Counted from the stretch's first letter, positions 11,888 to 23,709 are shown. The stretch is DNA of 64,000 bases from Macrostomum hystrix (GCA_950097015.1 CATNEN010000025.1:6820001-6884000), one strand, 5' to 3'. Notes: a model not told the origin generated them from the letters alone. Numbers and translations are program-made.

Positions 11888-12337
11888 CTCCCGCCACCGT
11901 GGAGTCGTTCGTTGCCGTCCCTTTCGGCCAGCCGAGCGCAGAAGCGGCTGCCGCCGCCGCCGCTTCTGCCGGCCAACAGCCGGCCGCCAAAGTTGACGGC
12001 AGCGCCGCGGCGCCCTACGACTTGACTCTGGGCGGCGGGCTGAATTTCACCTGCCGGTCAACCTGCGGCTACCCGCCTGCCCAGCTCCGCCTGGATTATC
12101 AGGGCGTCAGCGTGCAGCTGCCCGCACCGTCGAGTCCCGATTTGTTTCGAGTCCGCTACGCAACTGACAATGCCAGCTGCCCTGATCCAATGAACCGCCT
12201 GCTAACTGTTGCCAACGCCTCTGTCACGCTGCCCAACTGCTCCGCTCTCAAACTGGACGGCAAGGCCAGATTTCGTTGCGCCATCGGCGAGGCCGAATCG
12301 CCTGTCTCCTATAAGGATATCTACGTCTACTGTCCAG
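11888..12337 (+). CDS. Two-Ig membrane protein exon 2: Ala-rich linker and C2-set-like Ig domain
   Basis: Acceptor TTTCAAACTCGAAG at 11887, phase 1/1. FTCRSTCGYPPAQL resembles the CD80-like C2-set TCxSxGGxP motif, paired with FRC. Donor G|GTGAGG at 12338. Confidence 0.85.
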
Positions 12338-12788
12338 GTGAGGCTGAGCCTTGATAATAATTATAATTATTGCAGGAGGGCTGCGGGCAAGGTGACATCG
12401 TTTGGTGACACTAGACCCGCAGCCAGCGAGGAGGCAATTCTGCCCATTTCGCTGACACTTGAGCACACACGCACACAGATACTGTACGCAGGCACACTCT
12501 CACACAGGTGTGTACATCTGCCCTGACTTTCTCATCGTCAGGCAGTGTACACTTTCACTGTGTCTTGGAGGTTGGCCCTCCATGGCGTATATTGCACGAC
12601 AAGCCCCCAATCCTTTTCTTTGCGGCTGCGGCCCAAATGAATGTGGCCTCGCCGCGGAATCGAGCTCAGGGACCTTGGCGCGAGAGGCAAACGAGTTAAC
12701 CGCTCCGCCACTCACCTCCCGGCCTGAGGCTCGCGGATTCATTTTATAAAAGCACTGAGCCAGCTCATTCACCACTGTATTTCCGCAG

Positions 12789-12943
12789 CCATTGCTCGAG
12801 ACTATCCGCTGACTCAGGGCGAAATCGCTGCCGCCTCGGTCGGCGCTGTGCTAGGCGTATTCCTCATCATTCTAGGCTTTGTGCTGTTCTGCCAACGCAA
12901 ACCGGCCGAGGAATTAGACGACGCTGCTTCTCAACCGATGCAG
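12789..12943 (+). CDS. Two-Ig membrane protein exon 3: transmembrane helix and juxtamembrane tail (not in the ORF track)
   Basis: Acceptor TATTTCCGCAG at 12788; in-frame AIARDYPLTQGEIAAASVGAVLGVFLIILGFVLFCQRKPAEELDDAASQPMQ; donor CAG|GTTTGA, or read-through to TGA at 12947-12949. Confidence 0.85.
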
Positions 12944-13273
12944 GTTTGAGTCCGGTCGCTCATCCCATTCGATGCAGATGGTTAAATAGTTCCCTTACGA
13001 ATTTTTACTAGTTGACCCAATAGGATAAACAGACAATCCTCTGTGCTCCAAATATGCCCCAGTCCTCATATTTATATTGATTAGAATAGCAAATTAATTA
13101 TATTAACTGCAAGTTGAAGCACGCAGCATTCCCAGTTTCCCGTGCAATCGTTCGCTGCTTTGAAGCGGATTTTACAATAGCGATAAGCCTTTTCTTAACC
13201 TTCATTGAGGCACTCAATCTTTCTCCTCAGTAAATGCATGCGTTACTATTGTGTTTTTATCGATTAACAGTAG

Positions 13274-13348
13274 AAAGAGCTGGGGGATATTTTTCACGAA
13301 AATTCCTACTACACGATAGCTCCCAAACAGAATGAACGATTTTCGTGA
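13274..13348 (+). CDS. Two-Ig membrane protein putative exon 4: cytoplasmic tail KELGDIFHENSYYTIAPKQNERFS*
   Basis: T-rich tract then tandem acceptor AACAG TAG (13268-13273); phase 0 fits exon 3. No homology support. Confidence 0.5.
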   Translation, partial: KELGDIFHENSYYTIAPKQNERFS

Positions 13349-13491
13349 AAGTCCACCAGATGGATCAACATTTTTTGCCCTTCACGATGAACTAACTTTC
13401 AAAGCCGTCACACGTCAGCATCGTCAAGATATTCAGCAGTTTTTATCGAAGACGCTGGTAACCAGGACGACTTAAATTGCTCTGTATATAC

Positions 13492-16400
13492 CAGGGGTCG
13501 GCAAACTCCGTGTCTAATCTCCCCCGTGTGTCACCTCTCCCGTGTCTTATCTCCCCCGTGTGTCACCCCTCCCGTGTCTTATCTCCCCCGTGTGTCACCT
13601 CTCGCGTGTCTTGTCTCCCCCGTGTGTCGCCTCTCCCGTGTCTTATCTCCCCCGTGTGTCACCTCTCCCGTGTCTTATCTCCCCCGTGTGTCACCTCTCC
13701 CGTGTCTTATCTCTCCGTGTGTCACCCCTCCCGTGTCTTATCTCCCCCGTGTGTCACCTCTCGCGTGTCTTATCTCCCCCGTGTGTCACCTGTCGCGTGT
13801 CTTATCTCCCCCGTGTGTCACCTCTCGCGTGTCTTATCTCCCCCGTGTGTCACCTCTCCCGTGTCTTATCTCCCCCGTGTGTCACCTCTCCCGTGTCTTA
13901 TCTCTCCGTGTGTCACCCCTCCCGTGTCTTATCTCCCCCGTGTGTCACCTCTCGCGTGTCTTATCTCCCCCGTGTGTCACCTGTCGCGTGTCTTATCTCC
14001 CCCGTGTGTCACCTCTCGCGTGTCTTATCTCCCCCGTGTGTCACCCCTCCCGTGTCTTATCTCCCCCGTGTGTCACCTCTACCGTGTCTTATCTCTCCCC
14101 GTGTGTCACCCCTCCCGTGTCTTATCTCCCCCGTGTGTCACCTCTCCCGTGTCTTATCTCCCCCGTGTGTCACCCCTCCCGTGTCTTATCTCCCCCGTGT
14201 GTCACCTCTCGCGTGTCTTGTCTCCCCCGTGTGTCGCCTCTCCCGTGTCTTATCTCCTCCCTGTGTCACCTCTCGCGTGTCTTATCTCCCCCGTGTGTCA
14301 CCTCTCCCGTGTCTTATCTCCCCCGTGTGTCACCTCTACCGTGTCTTATCCCCCCCGTGTGTCACCTCTCGCGTGTCTTATCTCCCCCGTGTGTCACCTC
14401 TCCCGTGTCTTATCTCCCCCGTGTGTCACCCCTCCCGTGTCTTATCTCCCCCGTGTGTCACCTCTCGCGTGTCTTGTCTCCCCCGTGTGTCGCCTCTCCC
14501 GTGTCTTATCTCCCCCGTGTGTCACCTCTCCCGTGTCTTATCTCCCCCGTGTGTCACCTCTCCCGTGTCTTATCTCTCCGTGTGTCACCCCTCCCGTGTC
14601 TTATCTCCCCCGTGTGTCACCTCTCGCGTGTCTTATCTCCCCCGTGTGTCACCTGTCGCGTGTCTTATCTCCCCCGTGTGTCACCTCTCGCGTGTCTTAT
14701 CTCCCCCGTGTGTCACCCCTCCCGTGTCTTATCTCCCCCGTGTGTCACCTCTACCGTGTCTTATCTCTCCCCGTGTGTCACCCCTCCCGTGTCTTATCTC
14801 CCCCGTGTGTCACCTCTCCCGTGTCTTATCTCCCCCGTGTGTCACCCCTCCCGTGTCTTATCTCCCCCGTGTGTCACCTCTCGCGTGTCTTGTCTCCCCC
14901 GTGTGTCGCCTCTCCCGTGTCTTATCTCCTCCCTGTGTCACCTCTCGCGTGTCTTATCTCCCCCGTGTGTCACCTCTCCCGTGTCTTATCTCCCCCGTGT
15001 GTCACCTCTACCGTGTCTTATCCCCCCCGTGTGTCACCTCTCGCGTGTCTTATCTCCCCCGTGTGTCACCTCTCCCGTGTCTTATCTCCCCCGTGTGTCA
15101 CCCCTCCCGTGTCTTATCTCCCCCGTGTGTCACCTCTCGCGTGTCTTGTCTCCCCGTGTGTCGCCTCTCCCGTGTCTTATCTCCCCCGTGTGTCACCTCT
15201 CCCGTGTCTTATCTCCCCCGTGTGTCACCTCTCCCGTGTCTTATCTCTCCGTGTGTCACCCCTCCCGTGTCTTATCTCCCCCGTGTGTCACCTCTCGCGT
15301 GTCTTATCTCCCCCGTGTGTCACCTGTCGCGTGTCTTATCTCCCCCGTGTGTCACCTCTCGCGTGTCTTATCTCCCCCGTGTGTCACCTCTCCCGTGTCT
15401 TATCTCCCCCGTGTGTCACCTCTCCCGTGTCTTATCTCTCCGTGTGTCACCCCTCCCGTGTCTTATCTCCCCCGTGTGTCACCTCTCGCGTGTCTTATCT
15501 CCCCCGTGTGTCACCTGTCGCGTGTCTTATCTCCCCCGTGTGTCACCTCTCGCGTGTCTTATCTCCCCCGTGTGTCACCTCTACCGTGTCTTATCCCCCC
15601 CGTGTGTCACCTCTCGCGTGTCTTGTCTCCCCCGTGTGTCGCCTCTCCCGTGTCTTATCTCCCCCGTGTGTCACCTCTCCCGTGTCTTATCTCCCCGTGT
15701 GTCACCCCTCCCGTGTCTTATCTCCCCCGTGTGTCACCTCTCCCGTGTCTTATCTCCCCCGTGTGTCACCTCTAACGTGTCTTATCCCCCCCGTGTGTCA
15801 CCTCTCGCGTGTCTTGTCTCCCCCGTGTGTCGCCTCTCCCGTGTCTTATCTCCCCCGTGTGTCACCTCTCCCGTGTCTTATCTCCCCCGTGTGTCACCTC
15901 TCCCGTGTCTCATCTCCCCCGTGTGTCACCCCTCCCGTGTCTTATCTCCCCCGTGTGTCACCTCTCCCGTGTCTTATCTCCCCCGTGTGTCACCTCTACC
16001 GTGTCTTATCTCTCCCCGTGTGTCACCTCTCGCGTGTCTTGTCTCCCCCGTGTGTCGCCTCTCCCGTGTCTTATCTCCTCCGTGTGTCACCTCTCGCGTG
16101 TCTTATCTCCCCCGTGTGTCACCTCTCCCGTGTCTTATCTCCCCCGTGTGTCACCTCTACCGTGTCTTATCTCTCCCCGTGTGTCACCCCTCCCGTGTCT
16201 TATCTCCCCCGTGTGTCACCTCTCCCGTGTCTTATCTCCCCCGTGTGTCACCCCTCCCGTGTCTTATCTCCCCCGTGTGTCACCTCTCGCGTGTCTTGTC
16301 TCCCCCGTGTGTCGCCTCTCCCGTGTCTTATCTCCCCCGTGTGTTACCTGTCGCGTGTCTTATCTCCCCCGTGTGTCACCTCTCGCGTGTCTTATCTCCC

Positions 16401-19400
16401 CCGTGTGTCACCTCTCGCGTGTCTTATCTCCCCCGTGTGTCACCTGTCGCGTGTCTTATCTCCCCCGTGTGTCACCTCTCGCGTGTCTTATCTCCCCCGT
16501 GTGTCACCCCTCCCGTGTCTTATCTCCCCCGTGTGTCACCTCTACCGTGTCTTATCTCTCCCCGTGTGTCACCCCTCCCGTGTCTTATCTCCCCCGTGTG
16601 TCACCTCTCCCGTGTCTTATCTCCCCCGTGTGTCACCCCTCCCGTGTCTTATCTCCCCCGTGTGTCACCTCTCGCGTGTCTTGTCTCCCCCGTGTGTCGC
16701 CTCTCCCGTGTCTTATCTCCTCCCTGTGTCACCTCTCGCGTGTCTTATCTCCCCCGTGTGTCACCTCTCCCGTGTCTTATCTCCCCCGTGTGTCACCTCT
16801 ACCGTGTCTTATCCCCCCCGTGTGTCACCTCTCGCGTGTCTTATCTCCCCCGTGTGTCACCTCTCCCGTGTCTTATCTCCCCCGTGTGTCACCCCTCCCG
16901 TGTCTTATCTCCCCCGTGTGTCACCTCTCGCGTGTCTTGTCTCCCCCGTGTGTCGCCTCTCCCGTGTCTTATCTCCCCCGTGTGTCACCTCTCCCGTGTC
17001 TTATCTCCCCCGTGTGTCACCTCTCCCGTGTCTTATCTCTCCGTGTGTCACCCCTCCCGTGTCTTATCTCCCCCGTGTGTCACCTCTCGCGTGTCTTATC
17101 TCCCCCGTGTGTCACCTGTCGCGTGTCTTATCTCCCCCGTGTGTCACCTCTCGCGTGTCTTATCTCCCCCGTGTGTCACCTCTCCCGTGTCTTATCTCCC
17201 CCGTGTGTCACCTCTCCCGTGTCTTATCTCTCCGTGTGTCACCCCTCCCGTGTCTTATCTCCCCCGTGTGTCACCTCTCGCGTGTCTTATCTCCCCCGTG
17301 TGTCACCTGTCGCGTGTCTTATCTCCCCCGTGTGTCACCTCTCGCGTGTCTTATCTCCCCCGTGTGTCACCCCTCCCGTGTCTTATCTCCCCCGTGTGTC
17401 ACCTCTACCGTGTCTTATCTCTCCCCGTGTGTCACCCCTCCCGTGTCTTATCTCCCCCGTGTGTCACCTCTCCCGTGTCTTATCTCCCCCGTGTGTCACC
17501 CCTCCCGTGTCTTATCTCCCCCGTGTGTCACCTCTCGCGTGTCTTGTCTCCCCCGTGTGTCGCCTCTCCCGTGTCTTATCTCCTCCCTGTGTCACCTCTC
17601 GCGTGTCTTATCTCCCCCGTGTGTCACCTCTCCCGTGTCTTATCTCCCCCGTGTGTCACCTCTACCGTGTCTTATCCCCCCCGTGTGTCACCTCTCGCGT
17701 GTCTTATCTCCCCCGTGTGTCACCTCTCCCGTGTCTTATCTCCCCCGTGTGTCACCTCTCGCGTGTCTTATCTCCCCCGTGTGTCACCTCTCCCGTGTCT
17801 TATCTCCCCGTGTGTCACCCCTCCCGTGTCTTATCTCCCCCGTGTGTCACCCCTCCCGTGTCTTATCTCCCCCGTGTGTCACCTCTCCCGTGTCTTATCT
17901 CCCCCGTGTGTCACCTGTCGCGTGTCTTATCTCCCCCGTGTGTCACCTCTCGCGTGTCTTGTCTCCCCCGTGTGTCGCCTCTCCCGTGTCTTATCTCCTC
18001 CCTGTGTCACCTCTCGCGTGTCTTATCTCCCCCGTGTGTCACCTCTCCCGTGTCTTATCTCCCCCGTGTGTCACCTCTACCGTGTCTTATCCCCCCCGTG
18101 TGTCACCTCTCGCGTGTCTTGTCTCCCCCGTGTGTCGCCTCTCCCGTGTCTTATCTCCCCCGTGTGTCACCTCTCCCGTGTCTTATCTCCCCGTGTGTCA
18201 CCCCTCCCGTGTCTTATCTCCCCCGTGTGTCACCTCTCCCGTGTCTTATCTCCCCCGTGTGTCACCTCTAACGTGTCTTATCCCCCCCGTGTGTCACCTC
18301 TCGCGTGTCTTGTCTCCCCCGTGTGTCGCCTCTCCCGTGTCTTATCTCCCCCGTGTGTCACCTCTCCCGTGTCTTATCTCCCCCGTGTGTCACCTCTCCC
18401 GTGTCTCATCTCCCCCGTGTGTCACCCCTCCCGTGTCTTATCTCCCCCGTGTGTCACCTCTCCCGTGTCTTATCTCCCCCGTGTGTCACCTCTACCGTGT
18501 CTTATCTCTCCCCGTGTGTCACCTCTCGCGTGTCTTGTCTCCCCCGTGTGTCGCCTCTCCCGTGTCTTATCTCCTCCGTGTGTCACCTCTCGCGTGTCTT
18601 ATCTCCCCCGTGTGTCACCTCTCCCGTGTCTTATCTCCCCCGTGTGTCACCTCTACCGTGTCTTATCTCTCCCCGTGTGTCACCCCTCCCGTGTCTTATC
18701 TCCCCCGTGTGTCACCTCTCCCGTGTCTTATCTCCCCCGTGTGTCACCCCTCCCGTGTCTTATCTCCCCCGTGTGTCACCTCTCGCGTGTCTTGTCTCCC
18801 CCGTGTGTCGCCTCTCCCGTGTCTTATCTCCCCCGTGTGTTACCTCTCGCGTGTCTTATCTCCCCCGTGTGTCACCTCTCGCGTGTCTTATCTCCCCCGT
18901 GTGTCACCTCTCGCGTGTCTCATCTCCCCCGTGTGTCGCCTCTCCCGTGTCTCATCTCCCTCGTGTGTCACCTCTCGCGTGTCTTATCTCCCCCGTGTGT
19001 CACCTCTCGCGTGTCTCATCTCCCCCGTGTGTCACCTCTCGCGTGTCTTATCTCCCCCGTGTGTCACCTGTCGCGTGTCTTATCTCCCCCGTGTGTCACC
19101 TCTCGCGTGTCTTATCTCCCCCGTGTGTCACCTCTCCCGTGTCTTATCTCCCCCGTGTGTCACCCCTCCCGTGTCTTATCTCCCCCGTGTGTCACCTCTC
19201 GCGTGTCTTGTCTCCCCCGTGTGTCGCCTCTCCCGTGTCTTATCTCCCCCGTGTGTCACCTCTCGCGTGTCTTATCTCCCCCGTGTGTCACCTCTCGCGT
19301 GTCTTATCTCCCCCGTGTGTCACCTCTCGCGTGTCTTATCTCCCCCGTGTGTCACCTGTCGCGTGTCTTATCTCCCCCGTGTGTCACCTCTCGCGTGTCT

Positions 19401-19822
19401 TATCTCCCCCGTGTGTCACCCCTCCCGTGTCTTATCTCCCCCGTGTGTCACCTCTACCGTGTCTTATCTCTCCCCGTGTGTCACCCCTCCCGTGTCTTAT
19501 CTCCCCCGTGTGTCACCTCTCCCGTGTCTTATCTCCCCCGTGTGTCACCCCTCCCGTGTCTTATCTCCCCCGTGTGTCACCTCTCGCGTGTCTTGTCTCC
19601 CCCGTGTGTCGCCTCTCCCGTGTCTTATCTCCTCCCTGTGTCGCCTCTCCCGTGTCTTATCTCCCCCGTGTCTCATCTCTCCCGTGTCTTATCTCCCCCG
19701 TGTCTCATCTCTCCTGTGTCTCATCTCTCCCCAATCTCAGTATATTTCTCTTATATTTCTACAGTCAATGCGGCCCGCTGTCGTATTTTAGGGTCTCTTT
19801 TTGGCTCGCTAGCTAATTTGAC
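13492..19822 (+). mobile_element. hAT MITE family B copy 3, inflated by a ~6.2-kb internal minisatellite; 3' TIR degraded
   Basis: Starts CAGGGGTCGGCAAACTCCG. After the array it has the family's unique segment TATTTCTACAGTCAATGCGGCCCGCTGTCGTATTTTAGG...GGCTCGCTAGCTAAT, shared with copies 1 and 2. Confidence 0.8.
13510..19735. repeat. 16-bp-based minisatellite arranged as a 32-bp dimer (GTGTGTCACCTCTCCC + GTGTCTTATCTCCCCC)
   Basis: Read directly; nearly stop-free in all three + frames, which produces the 500-2100 aa pseudo-ORFs. Confidence 0.97.
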
Positions 19823-20419
19823 GAATGACGAAGCCATATTGGTTTAATATTACAATAATTATCAGTATAATCAACAATATATCACGGAAAATTGTAGAAC
19901 TTGTTCTGGATTTTCATGGCTGAATTGGCTGAATGCCTTGGGAGATACAAAAAGTGAGCACTGTGGGGATTAAAAATACCACTGTGATCTTTCTACTGTT
20001 AACTAAAATAACAATTTTCTATTTGTGCATGTTTTACTCGTTGTTAGTCCCTCACAGTCCGTTAAAAGTGAGTCAAATTTTATCCAAATGCTAACTGATC
20101 TGCACCTAATCTTGAATTAGTAGGTGCTGCATTTTCTCCGGCTGTTAGTACCCGTTGCATGGATTCTAGCAATCTGATGCACCAACCCAATAAGGGGCCT
20201 TTGCACTAGCGACTCAACCAATTTCTTCTAGTCTCTCTATTTATATATTGTCCGTGCTCGCTTTTTCTTAACTTTGAAGGTGCACTGTAAGCTTTATAAA
20301 AAGTAACGAATCGCTTTATTGTTTCTACTAGTGCGTTACTTCTAATGAAGTTACTTTTTACTTTGTGCGTTTTGCGAAATTAACGACTTTTTTGTCTACA
20401 AAACATGCACAGTCGTTTG

Positions 20420-20570
20420 AATAGCAGAGCGGTAACACGTCTTACTCTGGTACCAAGGTCATGAGCTCGAAACCGCAACGAAGCCACATTCATTTGGGGT
20501 GTTCGTGGTGCAATTGGCGTCCACGAGGACCAACACCCAAGGTTGTGTGCGAGTGAGAGTCACAAGTATA
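20420..20570 (+). mobile_element. Possible second tRNA-derived SINE (different body from family A)
   Basis: TAGCAGAGCGG (A-box-like) and GAGCTCGAAACC (B-box-like) at tRNA-like spacing; only one copy in the window. Confidence 0.4.
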
Positions 20571-20607
20571 GTTTCAGTACTTTAAACTGGCATTGCAGTA
20601 ATCTAAA

Positions 20608-20922
20608 AATAATTAATAATATTAATTGATTACACCTGCCCCAATCGGGCCAGATGTACAGCCGACAGCACAGCCGCAGCTATTGCGCGGCGCATCTGAA
20701 GGCTGCGTACAGCTGTTCAGTCCATGGACTGGGGGGGACGCCACACCCACCTTCAATTATCCCAGCTGATGCTGGTACCAATTTAACAGCTGGGTGAACT
20801 GAAGCAATGCAGAGTTAAGTGTCCTGCTAAAGGACACAAATTGTTCCAGTGGAGTCGGTAATCGAACCCCCGATCTTCAAGTCGTTAGTCCGACGCCCTA
20901 ACCACTAGGCTACAACCTCTCC
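20608..20922 (-). mobile_element. tRNA-derived SINE family A, near-full-length
   Basis: Minus strand: TGTAGCCTAGTGGTTAGGGCG (A box), GGTTCGATTACC (B box), central GTGTCCTTTAGCAGGACACTTAAC...CACCCAGCTGTTAAATTGGTACC, GC-rich 3' domain, AT-rich tail; highly similar to 47333-47612. Confidence 0.85.
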
Positions 20923-20944
20923 TAGGAGCTACTAGGCTACAGTA

Positions 20945-21303
20945 GTAATCTAGATTTTTACTGAACTCCTCCTTCAAAGGAGTTTCAGTACTTTAAACTG
21001 GCATTGCAGTAATCTAGATTTCTACTGAACTCCTCCTTCAAATGAGTTTCAGTACTTTAAACTGGCATTGCAGTAATCTAGAATATTACTGAACTCCTCC
21101 TTCAAATGAGTTTCAGTACTTTAAACTGGCATTGCAGTAATCTAGATTTCTACTGAACTCCTCCTTCAAAGGAGTTTCAGTACTTTAAACTGGCATTGCA
21201 GTAATCTAGATTTCTACTGAACTCCTCCTTCAAAGGAGTTTCAGTACTTTAAACTGGCATTGCAGTAATCTAGATTTCTACTGGAACTCCTCCTTCAAAG
21301 GAG
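20945..21303. repeat. 64-bp tandem repeat with an internal hairpin (~5.5 units, plus a partial unit at about 20571-20604)
   Basis: TACTGAACTCC recurs at 20959, 21023, 21087 and onward. Confidence 0.92.
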
Positions 21304-22224
21304 TTAAAGAGTGAAGACGAGGTCATCGCTATTACAGTCGGCTGTGTTTTTTAATGTCGTGCCTTCGCTTGGCCCACCTGGTGGTGCCTGTGTGCGTTTT
21401 GGCTTATTTATCTACGTAAAATACGCATTATACTGGTGTTATTAGAATACTAAAGTCCGCTGGTCGTTTGAATAGGCAATACAAATACAGCTTTTGTGCA
21501 CCTTTCTAATTATTTTACTCTTAAGTACTAACCCACACCGCACGCGATAATATTATTTATATTATCACAAGCAATTTACATATCAGTTTTTTTTGCGTTT
21601 TTGTTTTCCAGTCGAAGTTTTTATATATCCTACTGACACTTTTATTGATTTTAACCATATCTCTAATGCATGTCAAATTGTGTAAAACATTTTACCTAGA
21701 TTTTCTACTTTATAAAAAATATAAAGTTCTTTACCCAACCAATACCTGCCCAACCAGAACCATTAACTATTTTTTAAATAAATCGTTTTGTACTCGACAA
21801 CCAACATAGTGTTGTTATTTTGCTACGCAAACATGTTTAGCTTTTGATATTGCACTTTAACAAACTTTCGGTGCACTTCTCTGTATACTGTATCTACAGT
21901 TGATGTACGATCCGCGGTAGTAGATTGCCAGTTATGTATTTGTATATTGTTTCGTCTTACTTTCGTTGTCTAAGTTTGTATGCGCAAAAAGCATCCGTTT
22001 ATTAGAAATTTTATAAATACATGCAATTATGTGTGTACATTTTTTGTTCAATATAATATTCATCCGAGCATGCCTTGCTAACTTTTTGTCTCATACAAAA
22101 TTAAATCACAATACAGTGGACCTTCTATTCCGTTTTTGTTCACTTTGTTTTTGTTAATATAACTGACAGTTATGGGGCATTGATCAGCATTTTAGGCTTG
22201 AATTTTTCTCAGACAAATTGCTGC

Positions 22225-22985
22225 GAAGTTTGGTCATGATCAACCGATCACAGCAGTAGAGTTTGGTCATGACCAACCGATCACAGCAGTAGAGTTTGGT
22301 CATGACCAACCGATCACAGCAGTAGAGTTTGGTCATGACCAACCGGTCATGGCAGTAGAGTTTGGTCATGACCAACCGGTCATGGCAGTAGAGTTTGGTC
22401 ATGACCAACCGGTCATGGCAGTAGAGTTTGGTCATGACCAACCGGTCATGGCAGTAGAGTTTGGTCATGACCAACTGATTATGGCAGTAGAGTTTGGTCA
22501 TGACCAACTGATTATGGCAGTAGAGTTTGGTCATGACCAACCGATCATGGCAGTAGAGTTTGGTCATGACCAACCGATCATGGCAGTAGAGTTTGGTCAT
22601 GACCAACTGATTATGGCAGTAGAGTTTGGTCATGACCAACTGATTATGGCAGTAGAGTTTGGTCATGACCAACCGATCATGGCAGTAGAGTTTGGTCATG
22701 ACCAACCGATCACAGCAGTAGAGTTTGGTCATGACCAACCGATCATGACAGTAGAGTTTGGTCATGACCAACCGATCATGGCAGTAGAGTTTGGTCATGA
22801 CCAACCGATCACAGCAGTAGAGTTTTGTCATGACCAACCGATCACAGCAGTAGAGTTTGGTCATGACCAACTGATCATGACAGTAGAGTTTGGTCATGAC
22901 CAACCGATCATGACAGTAGAGTTTGGTCATGACCAACCGATCATGACAGTAGAGTTTGGTCATGACCAACTGATTATGGCAGTAA
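22225..22985. repeat. 33-bp minisatellite containing the 14-bp palindrome TTGGTCATGACCAA
   Basis: About 23 units; 11-aa periodicity in the pseudo-ORFs on both strands. Confidence 0.95.
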
Positions 22986-23439
22986 AGTTTGCTCATTACC
23001 CCAACGAAAAGTGTCAGGACTACTTTCATGATCCTTCAAATTTACAACACTACTCCCTCTGTCTCTGTCTCTCTCTTTCTGTCTCATTCAATTAGTCATT
23101 CAGTTAGCAAATAAGTTTAAGCTTTGTGAGCAGTTGCAAAGGCTGCATTGCACTGTATGCTTGTGTGCTCAGTGCGGCATGGCAGCGATTTGGCTTGAAA
23201 AGCCATGACTCACCAACTGCCACTTTGTTTCAGGCAACTGAATCGCGGGGGAGAGGCGAACAGATTATCGGATTGGGGTTGGAATGAGCCTACCAGCACA
23301 GCTGATGCTTATAGTGGTCGTCCCGGTACTGGTATCGCTACTGGTAGCTACGAGTAGATAAGCGATTAATATCAGTCCTTATTGGAGTCCTCAATCTTAG
23401 CGCTTTTCCGCTACTTGATCCTCATAACATATCTTAGTC

Positions 23440-23697
23440 GGGGTTTTAGCCTTGTGGTTAGAGTGTCGGATTCGCGACTTAATGGTCGCGGGTTCGATTC
23501 CCGAATTCGCTAGAAAAAACTTTTGCAATATTTTGTTCTGTTAAATAAGTACAAGCATAAACTGGGGGTATTTGAGGGTGGGTCTGGCGTCATCACCAGT
23601 CCATGGACTGAACAGCCGTACGCAGCCTTCAGATGCGCCGCGCAATAGCTGCGGCTGTATTATATATGGCCCAATTGGGGCAGGTGTAATAAATTAA
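23440..23697 (+). mobile_element. SINE family A variant with most of the central domain missing or replaced
   Basis: TAGCCTTGTGGTTAGAGTG...GGTTCGATTCCC head; lacks GTGTCCTTTAGCAAGACACTTAAC; 3' part CAGTCCATGGACTGAACAGCCGTACGCAGCCTTCAGATGCGCCGCGCAATAGCTGCGGCTG is near-identical to the other copies. Confidence 0.8.
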
Positions 23698-23709
23698 AGC
23701 TAGATCCTT

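Noticed and set aside
13477-19847. ORFs of 500-2104 aa in all three + frames
   Set aside because: They are translations of the nearly stop-free 16/32-bp array. All frames give the same permuted peptide, and the array lies inside a MITE.
20850-20922. tRNA gene candidates (also 23440-23510, 20425-20480, 10060-10130)
   Set aside because: A/B boxes are present but I could not build a full cloverleaf with acceptor stem; most run into SINE bodies.
20945-21303. CRISPR-like appearance of the hairpin and palindromic repeats (also 22225-22985 and 37168-38222)
   Set aside because: Units are head-to-tail with no unique spacers, there are no cas genes, and the context is eukaryotic.
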